The position numbers and the translations under genes are program-made. Shown here one piece after another: positions 26,801 through 38,539 of a DNA stretch of 64,000 bases (the first letter of the stretch is position 1; every line of letters begins with the position of its first letter). This DNA is from Trichosphaerium sp. ATCC 40318 (Eukaryota; Protista; Tubulinea). The notes under the pieces are model-generated. The model worked only from the letters and a program-made list of their open reading frames with translations. It had not been told where the DNA came from and searched no databases. The stretch spans positions 992,001 to 1,056,000 of the forward strand of contig JALMLS010000577.1 in NCBI GenBank assembly GCA_038496445.1, written 5' to 3'.

Positions 26801-27028
26801 CAAATCAACAAAACAAGACCATCTTTATTCTATAGTGCCTCACTTCTGTTGTCAGTCAACAACAGAAAGCAGGTAGTATTCAAATTTAAGTTTACCATCT
26901 ATAAATTATGCCATCAATATACCATAATAAGACTAATAGGCACTAGGTGATAAGAAAGAAATTTTAAAGTAACAACAATGACATAAATGTCAGAGGTGAG
27001 TGTTCTATACTACTTCCTAGCACTTGAT

Positions 27029-30000
27029 TCACAAGGTTTTTAGGTAGAAAACGTGTGTGCATTGCCGTGTTTGTTCTCCGTCATGGAAGTCTCTTCATAA
27101 GCTGGTGAATTCATTTATGACATGAAACTCTTCAAAAAACGTTTGCAACCACTTATGTTGTTTGCTTACAAGTTGATAAATGCAATACCCTGGATTTAGC
27201 ATAGTGCTTAAGTGTAGTTCAATAAAAAAAATCAATAAAAAGTTAAAGATGTAGTAGGTGTTATTGTAGTACAACCAAAGTAGCCTTCACAAACAGATAA
27301 TATATCAAAATTGGTACAGTTCAAATCATTCATATTCTCTACTTTTTTCCCACAAATAGACGCCTTGTGTTTTATTTCATTTGCAAAGGATTTGATGCAT
27401 AGAACTGTAATGTGAAAACAAGCGAATTGTAGCTCTCTATTTGCTGAAAAAGGTTTTGATAATAAAGACAGAAACTATGCGCCTAACGTAGAAAGTATTA
27501 TGTAGAACACAGAGTGAGATTTTTCGAAAAATGAAAAAAAACCCCAAAAAATGTAAGAGTTTGAAAAAGCAACGTGTTTGGTTTTATTTAGATGACCACA
27601 GGCTTGCAAGTGAAAATTTTTCTTCTCTGTACTTGATCATATAAGTCTTATGTTCTACTGACCCATAAGCAGTTATAACACTATCTAATTGATTATCAAA
27701 AAATACTTTAAGCTCTCCTTTTTCAATTGCATTTACAACACATTTTGTTGCTTCTCCTAGGAGTTTTGTACTTCCACAGGATATCAATGCTTTGAGTATG
27801 CGACTATTACATAGCATTAGAATTATATTTTTAAAAAGGGGTTAACGTAAAGACCAAACAGGGCAAAGTGTGCTTTTGCATTGAATTTCCTGAAAAAAAA
27901 AAGTTCTAAATATTTCCTTACGATTGCGCGATCTTTAGTGATGCTTTTTTACAATCAAACCAACCCATGTGGTCCATAATAGGTGTTGTTAGTGCCTCAA
28001 GATCTGCTACTGAAAACAAAGAGTCTGCCTCTTCTAGGATAGGGATCATAGCGTTCCAGTAGTATTCGTCCTAAATAAAAAAGTTTAGTACAAACATATA
28101 CAGTTTAATTAAGTAGTTGCGTACCGTGCTGTCTTTGAAGCAACGAGCAAGTGGTAACAACAATTTTTTATCATTAAAGTAAGCAGCCTTAAGTAAAGTT
28201 AAAAAAATGAGCGCTTAGGTAGAGAACTATTAAAGTTTGATTAAAAACCTGGAACAAATTTTTTTACAGATTATGTGTTAGACGTACATCCATAAGTATA
28301 CCTAATGCATCTTCTTCTGGCATTTGCCCCTTTACAATAGCTTTAGTATACTGGTCCATTATTTCAGGTGCATATTCTGATCTGTAAAGGCAAACAAGCT
28401 GTTAACAACAAAAAACCGTTCATTGTTTCATTGAACGAAGAAGAAAGTACTTGCCTGAAAAATCCAACATGTTTCCAGTTGAACTTGACCATGTCTCCTG
28501 GGTTATGTTCGACAACAAGGGTATTAACTTTTTTATCTAATAGAACTTTATGAATATTTTCGCCTACTTTATACACGAGCGGAATACACCACAATGTATC
28601 AGAGTCTAGTTTCTGTAAAAAAATTAGATAAAAGGATTTCACAACATGTTGTTGTTTTGAAAACTGCTTTAAAATATACCCCAGCAACACTTTGTGTTAT
28701 AGTGTAAGTATTTTGACCTGGTTTTACTTCGGATATGTCATAAGACAAAGAAGGATGACCTAGAAAGAGTAAATAAATACAAGACAATGAATGGCCAAAA
28801 GGAAAAAAGTAAGAAAGCAAAAGGTACCAGGTTTGTTTATCCAATTATCCATCATTGAAGAAACATCTTCGCCACAAGTTTCACTGATTATACTCCACAG
28901 ATCCTTTAACAAAATAAGGACCAAAGTTTAACTACGAAAAGAAACATTGACATGTATGAGTCAGTAGTACCTCAAGAGCAACACTCTTCCATTGATATTT
29001 GTTAACATATGCGCGCATTGCTTTCCATAAAGTATCTGAACCAATATATTCTATCAACATACGCAAGCAAGATGCACCTTTACCATAACTACAAAAAAGA
29101 GGTAAATAAGGTGACAGACGAGAAAAGATATCTCAAAAAAAGGAATTGTTCATTGAAAAAACTTGAAGTACAGCTCGAACTCACGTGATTATATCAAAGA
29201 TACTATGAACATCTCTGGCCTGTGGAACATCTTGTTGAACTGGATGGGTAGTTTTCGATTCATCCGCTGATAGAGCTCTATTTAGAAATCAGTTGTTAGT
29301 ATGAAGAACACAATGGTGTTTTTGAGGAGGTTAGCTAACCTTCCGAATACAGTCAACATAAAGTTCCGCCAATGCTTCCACTCTTTTGGACAATGTTCTT
29401 CAACTAAGTAGAATTCCATGTATCGTACAAAACCTTCTTTGAGCCATAAATAATTCCACCAACGGATTGATACAAGGTCACCAAACCAAGAATGCCCAAC
29501 CTGTTGAAAAATGAGAATGCCAATAATTTCAAGTAATATTCTTGGGCGTTCTTCGTACCTCATGACCAACTAAACGAGCTATGCGCTTAACTATTCTAGG
29601 CGATGTGCTTTCATCAACAAGGAAATAATCCTAGATTAGGTTAGGAAAGTTACAAGAAGGAAAACACCTCTAACACGAAATTATGTACCTGGTGAAAACT
29701 CATACATCCAAAGTTTTCCATACCGAGTGAACCAAAGTCTTTAACGCCAACAATATCTAGTTTTGGTAGTGGATACCCACATTCTAGTTTGCTACAATAA
29801 AAATGCAAGGTCTAAGAACAAACAGTGTTAGTCATCGCAACGCAGAAAAAAAAAGGAAAAAAAAACTTTAACAAATACCTTTATGGAAAGATCCATCATG
29901 TATCGACCTGAAGAAAATGTCAACTACACACTTGGTATTCTTGTACCTTTTTCTGTTTCTCCTGGAGGTGTGAACATACGCAAACGAACCACAGTAGGTT

Positions 30001-31041
30001 CTTTCTCGTTTTTGGAGCTAGAGATAGTGAAGGAGCATGTGAGCGCTTATGTTTTATAAAAAAAAATAAGAGTTGTTCGAAACCCATCGAATAAATAGTC
30101 TAACTGAGTAGGTAGTGTAGTAGGATACTTATAAGGTAGTGTGGTAGATTCTTCCAAAGCATCATACATACCCACAATGAATGTAAAGAGGTATGGACTC
30201 ATTGGTGGTGAAGTTTCAAAAGTTACTTTTTTTTTAGCTTCTTTAGAGATGCCCTGAAAGAATCCAACGTGGTCTTCAGGACCAACAGGTGAACTGCTGC
30301 TTTCATCCATGTTTGATATTGCCAATAGGGGTTCTGGTACAATAACAGAGATCTTGAAAAAGAATTGTGGTGAGACACAAGGCAAAAACAAAAATAAAGA
30401 GTTCAAGGAACGAAAAGAAAAACTTGTGTTTGCTGTTTGTATTGAGCGTACATTGAAAGTACATCGTAAAGCTGGTTCATCAAAGCAAGGGTATGCTGTA
30501 CGGGCGTAACAAGGTTCAAAATCTGTTGCGAAACCACGTTTTGTCTTGCCTTCTGCGTCCAAGTACTTCATGGAGTATACACCTGTAGTTGATTGTAAGA
30601 GCTACAACGAAGAAGATTTGAGGATTTTTTGGGTATTTCGTACCTGACGTTTTGGTTTGGTTCACTGGCGCTTCAAAGTTGATTACAAGCGTGGCTGGGC
30701 CCACTGGTAAAGTTTTGTTGAATTTGAAGGTAACCGTTTCATAGTGATCGTCATAGCTTGTTTCTTCTGACACTAGCTTCTCACTAGCCTAAACTGGTCT
30801 TGGTGGTTTTTTCAGTTAAAAAACGTACTGCCTGCAGATGAGTGCTTTTAATGGTTAACCCAAGCGCGTGTACGGCAATTGTGTTGTCAACTCCCTTCAA
30901 AATATCAACTGTAACTGTGCTTACACCTGCCACTTTATCTACTCCTGTTTCCATCTCAAACAAGAGCGCATAGTGCTTTGGTATGATAAATTTACTCAAG
31001 GCAGGAGTATAAAGCCCAGGTAGTGCGTATGATTCAGCCAT
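27029..31041 (-). CDS. M1 family (puromycin-sensitive-like) aminopeptidase, many exons
   Basis: [26 protein letters not shown], spliced HE|[19 protein letters not shown] and YGKGA motifs. Confidence 0.9.
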
Positions 31042-31260
31042 TGTTTTGACGATTCTATAAATGCACTTTGAATGCTGTTGAACGCTACTAAGCGGGGCGG
31101 CTTGTGTACAAACGGTTTTTTTTAAGCAATGCCTTGTAAACACGCCAACGCCACCATCATGGCGATTTAATGCGTCCATGTGTCAAAATGACACCGTGGA
31201 GCGTAACTAAAGTTTCACTGTTCGACAGAATATTCTTCCTAAGTCCATTATCGGTTTACA

Positions 31261-33220
31261 ATGCATTTGATAACAGCATTAGCCGCTCTAGTATTTGTTG
31301 TACTCGTTGCCGCTCAAGGAAAAGGCACTGGCTATGTTAGTACTAGTTTACGTAAATTGCCTACGTTTAGCTAATTTCTTCTTCTTAGGGTCCAGAGAAA
31401 GTAAAACAAGAGGTTGGGTACGAATCCGTAATTACTTGCGAAATTTTTTGCTAATGACGAAACAGTTACATTACCGTAAATGGCACAAGAGGCGGTACGG
31501 TGATAAAATACACGCAATTTTACTTACATCAGTTTAGACGAAGGCGTACACATGTGGTACTGGTTCTTTGAGTCCCGTTCTAATCCATCCACTGACCCAC
31601 TCCTCTTGTGGATGACTGGTACGTGTTTTAATCCGTTTCGAACGAATACGTTTTTTTCTTCAAGATGCGCTAACGTATTTCTTAGGTGGCCCAGGTTGTT
31701 CATCACTCGTTGCTCTATTCTATGAGAATGGTCCTTACCACATAGATAAAAACTTGTCTCTCAGTTTGAACCCAAACAGCTGGAATGAGGTTGCTAATGT
31801 AATTTGGATAGATCAACCAGTAGGCACAGGGTACTTTAAACGTTTCTAAGTGAAAAAAACTTGAACAGAAAAACTGCACAAACCGCTTCTTATTTGCTCT
31901 GCAATTCGACTCAGCTAATTGTTTTCTAGATTCTCATATGCTGATCATACAGATGACATGATCACTAATGAGAAAGAAATGGCAGAAGACATGTATGAGT
32001 TCTTACAAAAGTTTTTGACCCAAAACCCAAAATACCGTCCTTCAGATTTCTATATCTTTGGTGAATCATACGCCGGACACTACGTACCTGCATTGTCTGC
32101 ACGTGTTGTTGATGGTAATAATGCTGGTGGTAACCCAAAGATTAATTTGGTTGGCTCTGCTATCGGTAATGGCTGGGTAGACCCTTTGGAGCAATATGGT
32201 AAGCTAAATTTTGATATGAGGCTTTTTTTGCTAAAACTCTTACTTGCCTAGGCGCTTACGCTGACTTTTTGCACTCTAAAAAACTTTTGGACGTTGTATC
32301 ACAAGGTGTTTACAATAACGTACTCTATCCTACTTGTGAGGGTCTTATAGACTCTGGTGTATGGCCAGCTGCTTTCTTAGAGTGTTCTCTTGGCATGACA
32401 GCTGCTTTGAGTGGTGCGTTTTTCGAACTTGTACAACAAGTTTTGTCTAATAGAAATGTTGTAGATGCTGAAGCACAGAATGGTCGTACTATTAACGTAT
32501 ACGATGTTCGTATTCCTTGTGAAGTTGAACCACTTTGCTATGACTTTTCACTAGCCGACAAACTCTTGGCTGTACGACTTCGTTTTTTTCATCAATTCTT
32601 GACAAAAACCTCAAATTTCCTGTGTTAACGCTCGTTTTATAGAGCGCCGATGTAAAAAAAGCATTGGGTGTAGATCCTAGCCGTGGATGGGTTGATTGCG
32701 CAACTGAGGTATTTATCAGTGATATTACAACTTCATAACTCTTCTTACTTTGTTTCTTAGGTCCACACTTTGTTGATTGGTGATTGGGTACAAAGTTTCC
32801 GTGATGACGTACCAAAACTATTACAAAACGGTGTCCGTGTTCTTGTATACAGGTACTACAAAAACTCTTCATTCTTTGTTTAATAAGTGCTAGTGGTATG
32901 GAAGACTTTGTATGTAATTATATGGGTGGTGAACGTTGGTTGAACTCCATGAAATGGTCTGGCCAAGATCAATTCCTTGATGAGGAAATGCAACCGTGGA
33001 TTGTCAATGCTACAGATGCTGGTTTTAAGAAATCAGTAAAAGGTCTCACATGGCTCACTGTTGCAAATGCTGGCCGTATGTTTCACTTGTTGACAATTTT
33101 TTATTTTTATTGTTTTTCACTTACATTGAATACTGATTTGTATTATTAGATATGGTACCAATGAACCAACCAGAGAATGCTTTGGAAATGGTCAAACAAT
33201 TCTTCTCCGGAAAATTGTAG
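31261..33220 (+). CDS. Serine carboxypeptidase (S10 family), secreted
   Basis: [51 protein letters not shown] and AGHMVP motifs. Confidence 0.95.
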
Positions 33221-33459
33221 AGTTGGCTGCTGTTGAGGAAGCCTTTTGATAATAAATCAAAGATATCACAAAATTGGACAAAAACAATAAAACTGTTTAT
33301 TCGATTCGATTTTTTTATATTGTTTTATTTTACATTGTATGAATCGTTTATGTGTTGTTGATGTTATAATTGGAAATATTTTTGCCTAGGAGGGTGCGGA
33401 TGAAAGATCATGAGACTTCGTAGTATCACGTGTTTTAGGTGCGATTGTTTTGTTCGTTA

Positions 33460-34161
33460 CTAGATATACTGTCTGGTTATCCTGCCAAGTTCAGTACATA
33501 TGATGTATTCACCACGCCTTGAACCATCCTGATAATAACACGAGATTTTTAGCTGTCCATTTTCAAACCATTTCTTGTACTCACCCTGAAGAATACCGTT
33601 TTCTTTGTACAATTGTAATTTTAGTTTACCGTTTTTATACCAGCGTTTTTCTACACCGTGACATTTGTTGTCTTTATAAGTATTATACGTTCTCATCTGT
33701 CCATTATCATACCATACTATGCCCTCACCATTCAGCTCTCCATTGGTATAGTTGCAAACACTCTGTAATTCTCCACTCTTAAAGTATCGTTTACACACTG
33801 AATCTGCTTCATTGTTTGTATACATGCTCTCACTTTCTAATTCACCTGTCCTGTACCACATTTTAAACGGTCCATGTATCTTATCATTTTTGAAAAAACA
33901 AGAAAATTCTAATTGATTATAATCAGGTGAGTACCATCTCTTTTCTGAATGTCTTGAACCGTGTTTCCAAATTACAAGTTGCCAACATTTATTACTTGAA
34001 GTGCGACTTCGCACGCAACGTTTCTTCCATGCTCCATGTTTTTTCATGTTTTTGTCATAACGTGTTGTTGTAGCTGATTTTATACAAAGAGATGGCCATA
34101 GTTTATAAATTTTTGGGCAGTAGTCCATAATTTCGAGGTGTAGTTCAACTGGTAGTGTCAA
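33460..34161 (-). CDS. MORN-variant repeat protein with an F-box-like N-terminus
   Basis: LPVELHLEIMDY followed by repeats of G...WY.NGQL.....Y.NG. No in-frame ATG at the ORF start, so an upstream exon or truncation is likely. Confidence 0.75.
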   Translation of the reverse strand: MTLPVELHLEIMDYCPKIYKLWPSLCIKSATTTRYDKNMKKHGAWKKRCVRSRTSSNKCWQLVIWKHGSRHSEKRWYSPDYNQLEFSCFFKNDKIHGPFKMWYRTGELESESMYTNNEADSVCKRYFKSGELQSVCNYTNGELNGEGIVWYDNGQMRTYNTYKDNKCHGVEKRWYKNGKLKLQLYKENGILQGEYKKWFENGQLKISCYYQDGSRRGEYIICTELGRITRQYI

Positions 34162-34544
34162 TAAAGTTAAATTCTGTAGCTCGCAGTTGCTCTAAGCTGA
34201 AATTAGAGGAGTACATGTTTGTGGTGTAAATTGGCGAAACGCACACGTGCAGGTAATACTACAGGTTTTTTGTCAATTGTTTTTTGATTTGGGTTTAGAG
34301 TGGTTTGACGTACTTTCTCTGTCATTCTAACTATGTTTGTAGTTTTGTAATTCACCTACTGCAGGTGTTGCTAGTAGAGCGCGTTAACGATGTTCAAAAC
34401 TTTAAGTACCAGATTGACCTGAAATAACACTATTTCGCTAAGCTACTTTTCAATGAGTAACTCTGATCACGTGACTTTCTGGTCCTACCATCACACAGTG
34501 CTCCATAAGGATACATCAATGAGCTAGCTGGTGTACTCTAGTGG

Positions 34545-34850
34545 ATGGCACTTTGGTTTGTCTACAAGGAGGTATTACTGTATATCGGAACCGACAAATG
34601 TGTGGAAAGTACCGAAAACGATGAAGGTATTCAAGAATGTCATGACGCTCTGAGAACGTGTCTTACAGAAGAATGTGATATTGATATTCCAATACCACGA
34701 CCAACTGAAGAACCTACTTGTAGATAAATGTGCATTAAAACATTCAATAAACGAACCATGTTGCAGAAAACTGTGTGTTGATGCCTTCAGGGCATGTCCG
34801 ATGGAGCAGCAAGTCAATGTGTTCCAGTTCAGAGCATGTAATGAAGAGTG
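34545..34850 (+). pseudogene. Frameshifted Cys-rich repeat protein remnant
   Basis: DKCVE..ECHDALRTCLTEEC continues in another frame as DKCAL..LCVDAFRAC..FRACNEE. Confidence 0.3.
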
Positions 34851-35105
34851 ACTTGTACTCACAATAAACCAGCTACAGTAGCCTGAAAAAAGTACACATG
34901 ACCAACTCCAGCGCTCAACTTGAGGTATGATGACTTGTTTTTAATGTAGACAGGCTCCAAATCTCAAGAGCAAAAACCGCGAATCTTGACAAAAACTTCA
35001 TTCTCAGCTTGCAACAACAAAATAATTTTTCGCTGTGATTAAGGTATGCTGTAGCTTAGCCAAACAGTTCGTTTACACCTATGGTACTCTCTTGAGGGTG
35101 AAAAC

Positions 35106-38100
35106 ATGGCTCAACATTCGTTTATAACGCTACCGTTGCTTATTCGAGCGAAAGTACTCCAAACCTTACGAGCCAATGAAGTATGCGCTTTGCGCGGCGT
35201 AGCACGTAGCTGGAAGATAGTTGTAGAATCTGCCGATCTGGTATGTTTGTCCTCGCTTTAATTAACATTTGTCTTTAAATCCACGCTCTTACGTTATATT
35301 TGTATTAGATTAGGCTACTGTTAGCAAATAAGCGAAAAGTGCGCCAATCGCTAACAACATGGAAAAGATTTATTGCGCTCGTTAAACCACATTTCAGAGT
35401 ATCAAAAGGTGGCGTTAAATTTCTCCTTGCTTGCAAAATAAGAAAACAAGTTTTTGACAGCACATAGAGCCATCAGCTTATCACGTCATGTCTAAAATGG
35501 GTAGTGGTCATTACGGCACAGCATATAAATGGTACGTTATAAAATGACACGCTCTGACAAAAAAATTCGGTTTTTTGACAGAATTTCGGTTTAATACTCT
35601 TTGTAGTGTTACAAAAAGCTACCTGGATCCTTTACTGGTGATTGTTATACGTGATTTTCCTGAATACCTAGTTGCAGGCGTTAAAACCGCACTTGCACCG
35701 TATACAAAGATAATTCATAAAAATCTGATAAAGTACCATACGTGTTCGTATGTTCATGGTACTCTTGTAATCGTAAGAGATTATATCAAAGGTGTATGCC
35801 TTAAAGAACTTGTACGCCGTAATTTAAAGCCTTGTGTCTTTAATCTAACGGTCTGTTTAGCTAAGAGTTCAATTACTTTCTCAAAAAGATGTAGCAGTAG
35901 TAACAAGAGAAGTGTTAAAGGCTGTTGCTCATTTACATGAGCACGGATTAAAAGCAAACCCTGTTAAAGGTATAGAGCTTATATATTTGTATCAAATGAA
36001 TGACTAAGTGGTTACTAACTCGGTTGCTTAGCTTCTCGTATATTTATTAAAGAAGATGGCACTATTGTGCTTAAACCAGGTATTCCATTCGGAAAGCAAA
36101 CACCTCAAGAGTTAAACGCTGTGATGCCATATTGGCTACCACCTGAGAATCTAAAGCAAGATAGGGTAGTAAGTTGGCGAGGTACTTCACTGGTTCTTAT
36201 CTTTAACAAATGTCTAATTTCCACGTTTTCTAGCAACTGGTAAAGGAGATGTTTGGAGTGTTGGTACGTTTTTCTTTGTTGCAGTTTTGTTATATCGGGT
36301 TCACTTTGTAGAAGTATGGGGTTAATTTTGGATTTTTTTAGGTATAACTGCTATAGAAATGTCACAAGGAGAACCTCCTTACTTTAATTTCTTGCCGCCT
36401 ACAGCCATAACAATGCTTAAAAGCAAACCATCCCCAACTGTATCTCAGAAGTATCCTCGATTGAAAAAGTTCTTAGCTCAGACTCTTAAAAAAAATCCTA
36501 GAGATGTACGTAAGCCTTGTCATTTAACTAACTTTTCAGACCGTCATGCCTTTGTTTTATCATTATCGAAGTGAGATTGTAACCCTTTTTACTTTTGTAG
36601 CGTCCAGCTGCTAGTTCTTTGCTTGCTTCTTCTTATATTCGCCGGTATGCTAGTAGAACACCTAATGATGTTCGTGCAGTGTATAAGAAGCGGTTGAGAG
36701 GGATTATGGCTAAACAGACATTACTTGAGGATGAGCACTTTATACTACCTACTTGTTTAGGAGGTCGTGCTCGTGCTATTCCAAAGCTTGAAACGCCAAG
36801 TAAGAGAACTAAGCGTCAGACAATGTATACACGTAGATCGCCATCTGTTTCAACAAAAAGTAATATTGCAAAGAAAGCTAGGCGAGGATCAATTATAAAA
36901 CTAAAACGAAATCAATCGAATGATTCTGCGGCTCATTCGCGAAGGTAATTGTTTTCTGTTTCCTTTTTGGTTCTTACTTCTATGTAGTATGTCCTTGACT
37001 GAGTTTTCTCGGGATAGCCCTCTGGCTAGGTCGAGATCAGGTAGTCATGGTCAGTGGGTATCACCTTTGGATGTATCCTCTACAACGCTTGATGTATCAA
37101 AAGATGAACTGCCAAAAAAGAAAAAAATAACTGTTGCGGAAAAAGCTACTGCTAATGAGATTGCTGAGATGACTGAACTGGAAGGTATTGGGAATACAGG
37201 TATGTAAAACAAAGTTACCGGTTTTGAAAACAAAACGTGCACGTGATACAATTTTAACTCTAAAATATAGGATGGCTTAACTCCAAAGTTAAGGAAGGAA
37301 AAACGAGTAGAAAAAAAGGTATAAATGTCCTTGCTTGTGCGTATTTCTTTACTGATGTTTATGGTTTAAGGAAGAAGAGCTTTATGTAAACATGTATATC
37401 CTGCTCTTACACAGGTTGTAAAAGAATTGTCAGACATAGATGAAGCGACTTACAAGAGTGGGTCTGAGAATGTTTTTTCTGCTTTGTATGACATACAACA
37501 CGCTTTGAATATGGTACTACTTATAGTTTTATATTATTTAAATACTGTATTATATTCTCTCAGTACTAACGTTTTCAAAAAACAGGGAGAGGAGGCTCAG
37601 AATGGATTCACAAAGGACTTTTTGGCTCAAATTTTTATGAGTCTTCAAAAAGGGTTTGAAGTTGAAGAGATGGCTGAGACTCCTGTTGATACTATTGATC
37701 CTATAGAGCGTAGTGAAGATAGTATAGATTCTAAACCAGCTAAAGAATCTAGTGTTATGGATAGTATAGATGTGTTATCGCCTCTTACAACTGATAGAGA
37801 TTGGGATATTTCTGAAGGAGATATAAGCCTTCCAAAGTCTCCTGCTGTATCAAAGGATGACAAAGAGTCTTTTGCTGACCTTTTTAATGATCTACAACAA
37901 CTTCATGATGACCTACAGGATGATGATGAACCAAAAGGGTCAAAAGACAAAACAGAGGTATCAACGAAAGTCAATGACTCTGATGATGACCTTGGCGAGA
38001 GTTTGATGGATTCAAGTAAAGAGGAAGAGGTTTTCTCAGATGATGAATTAGGTGCAAGCTTGATGGGTATCCGTGAGAGCCTAGAAAAGACATCTGATAA

Positions 38101-38347
38101 AGCTGAAGACTCTGAAGATGAACTTGATAAGAGTTTACAGATATTACGTGGTGATACTGGTCCTGTTGAATCAGACGTTGATTTAAAAGTTGACGATGAC
38201 AATGATAGTATTCTTTCATCTCTTAGCTCTGATTTTTCTGGTGGTGAAGCGAATTATGATGCATCTGAATCAGATGCGCCTCTTCCTGCTGACGAAGACG
38301 ACGAGTTCAGGTTGAGTGATTTATCTGACCTCTCTGATGGTTTTTGA
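35106..38347 (+). CDS. F-box-like + STE20-like pseudokinase with a long acidic C-terminal tail
   Basis: MAQHSFITLPLLIRAKVL; MGSGHYGTAYK; PYWLPPE; DVWSVGITAIEMSQGEPPY; RPAASSLL; D/E/S-rich terminal exon. Confidence 0.75.
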
Positions 38348-38539
38348 GGAATGTATGGTGTAGTGAGTAAAGCGAATTTAATATCAATGGATAAAAAAAG
38401 AAAAGTAAACACAGAAAAAAGAATAAAAAATCAATTTTACTTTAAGTCACTGTGTAATCTACTGCCTAAAAATGTCTTTATGTGGTAGTACACTAACTCC
38501 TAGATAATTTTTGTTTCTCCGAAATCACATTTTTTTTTT

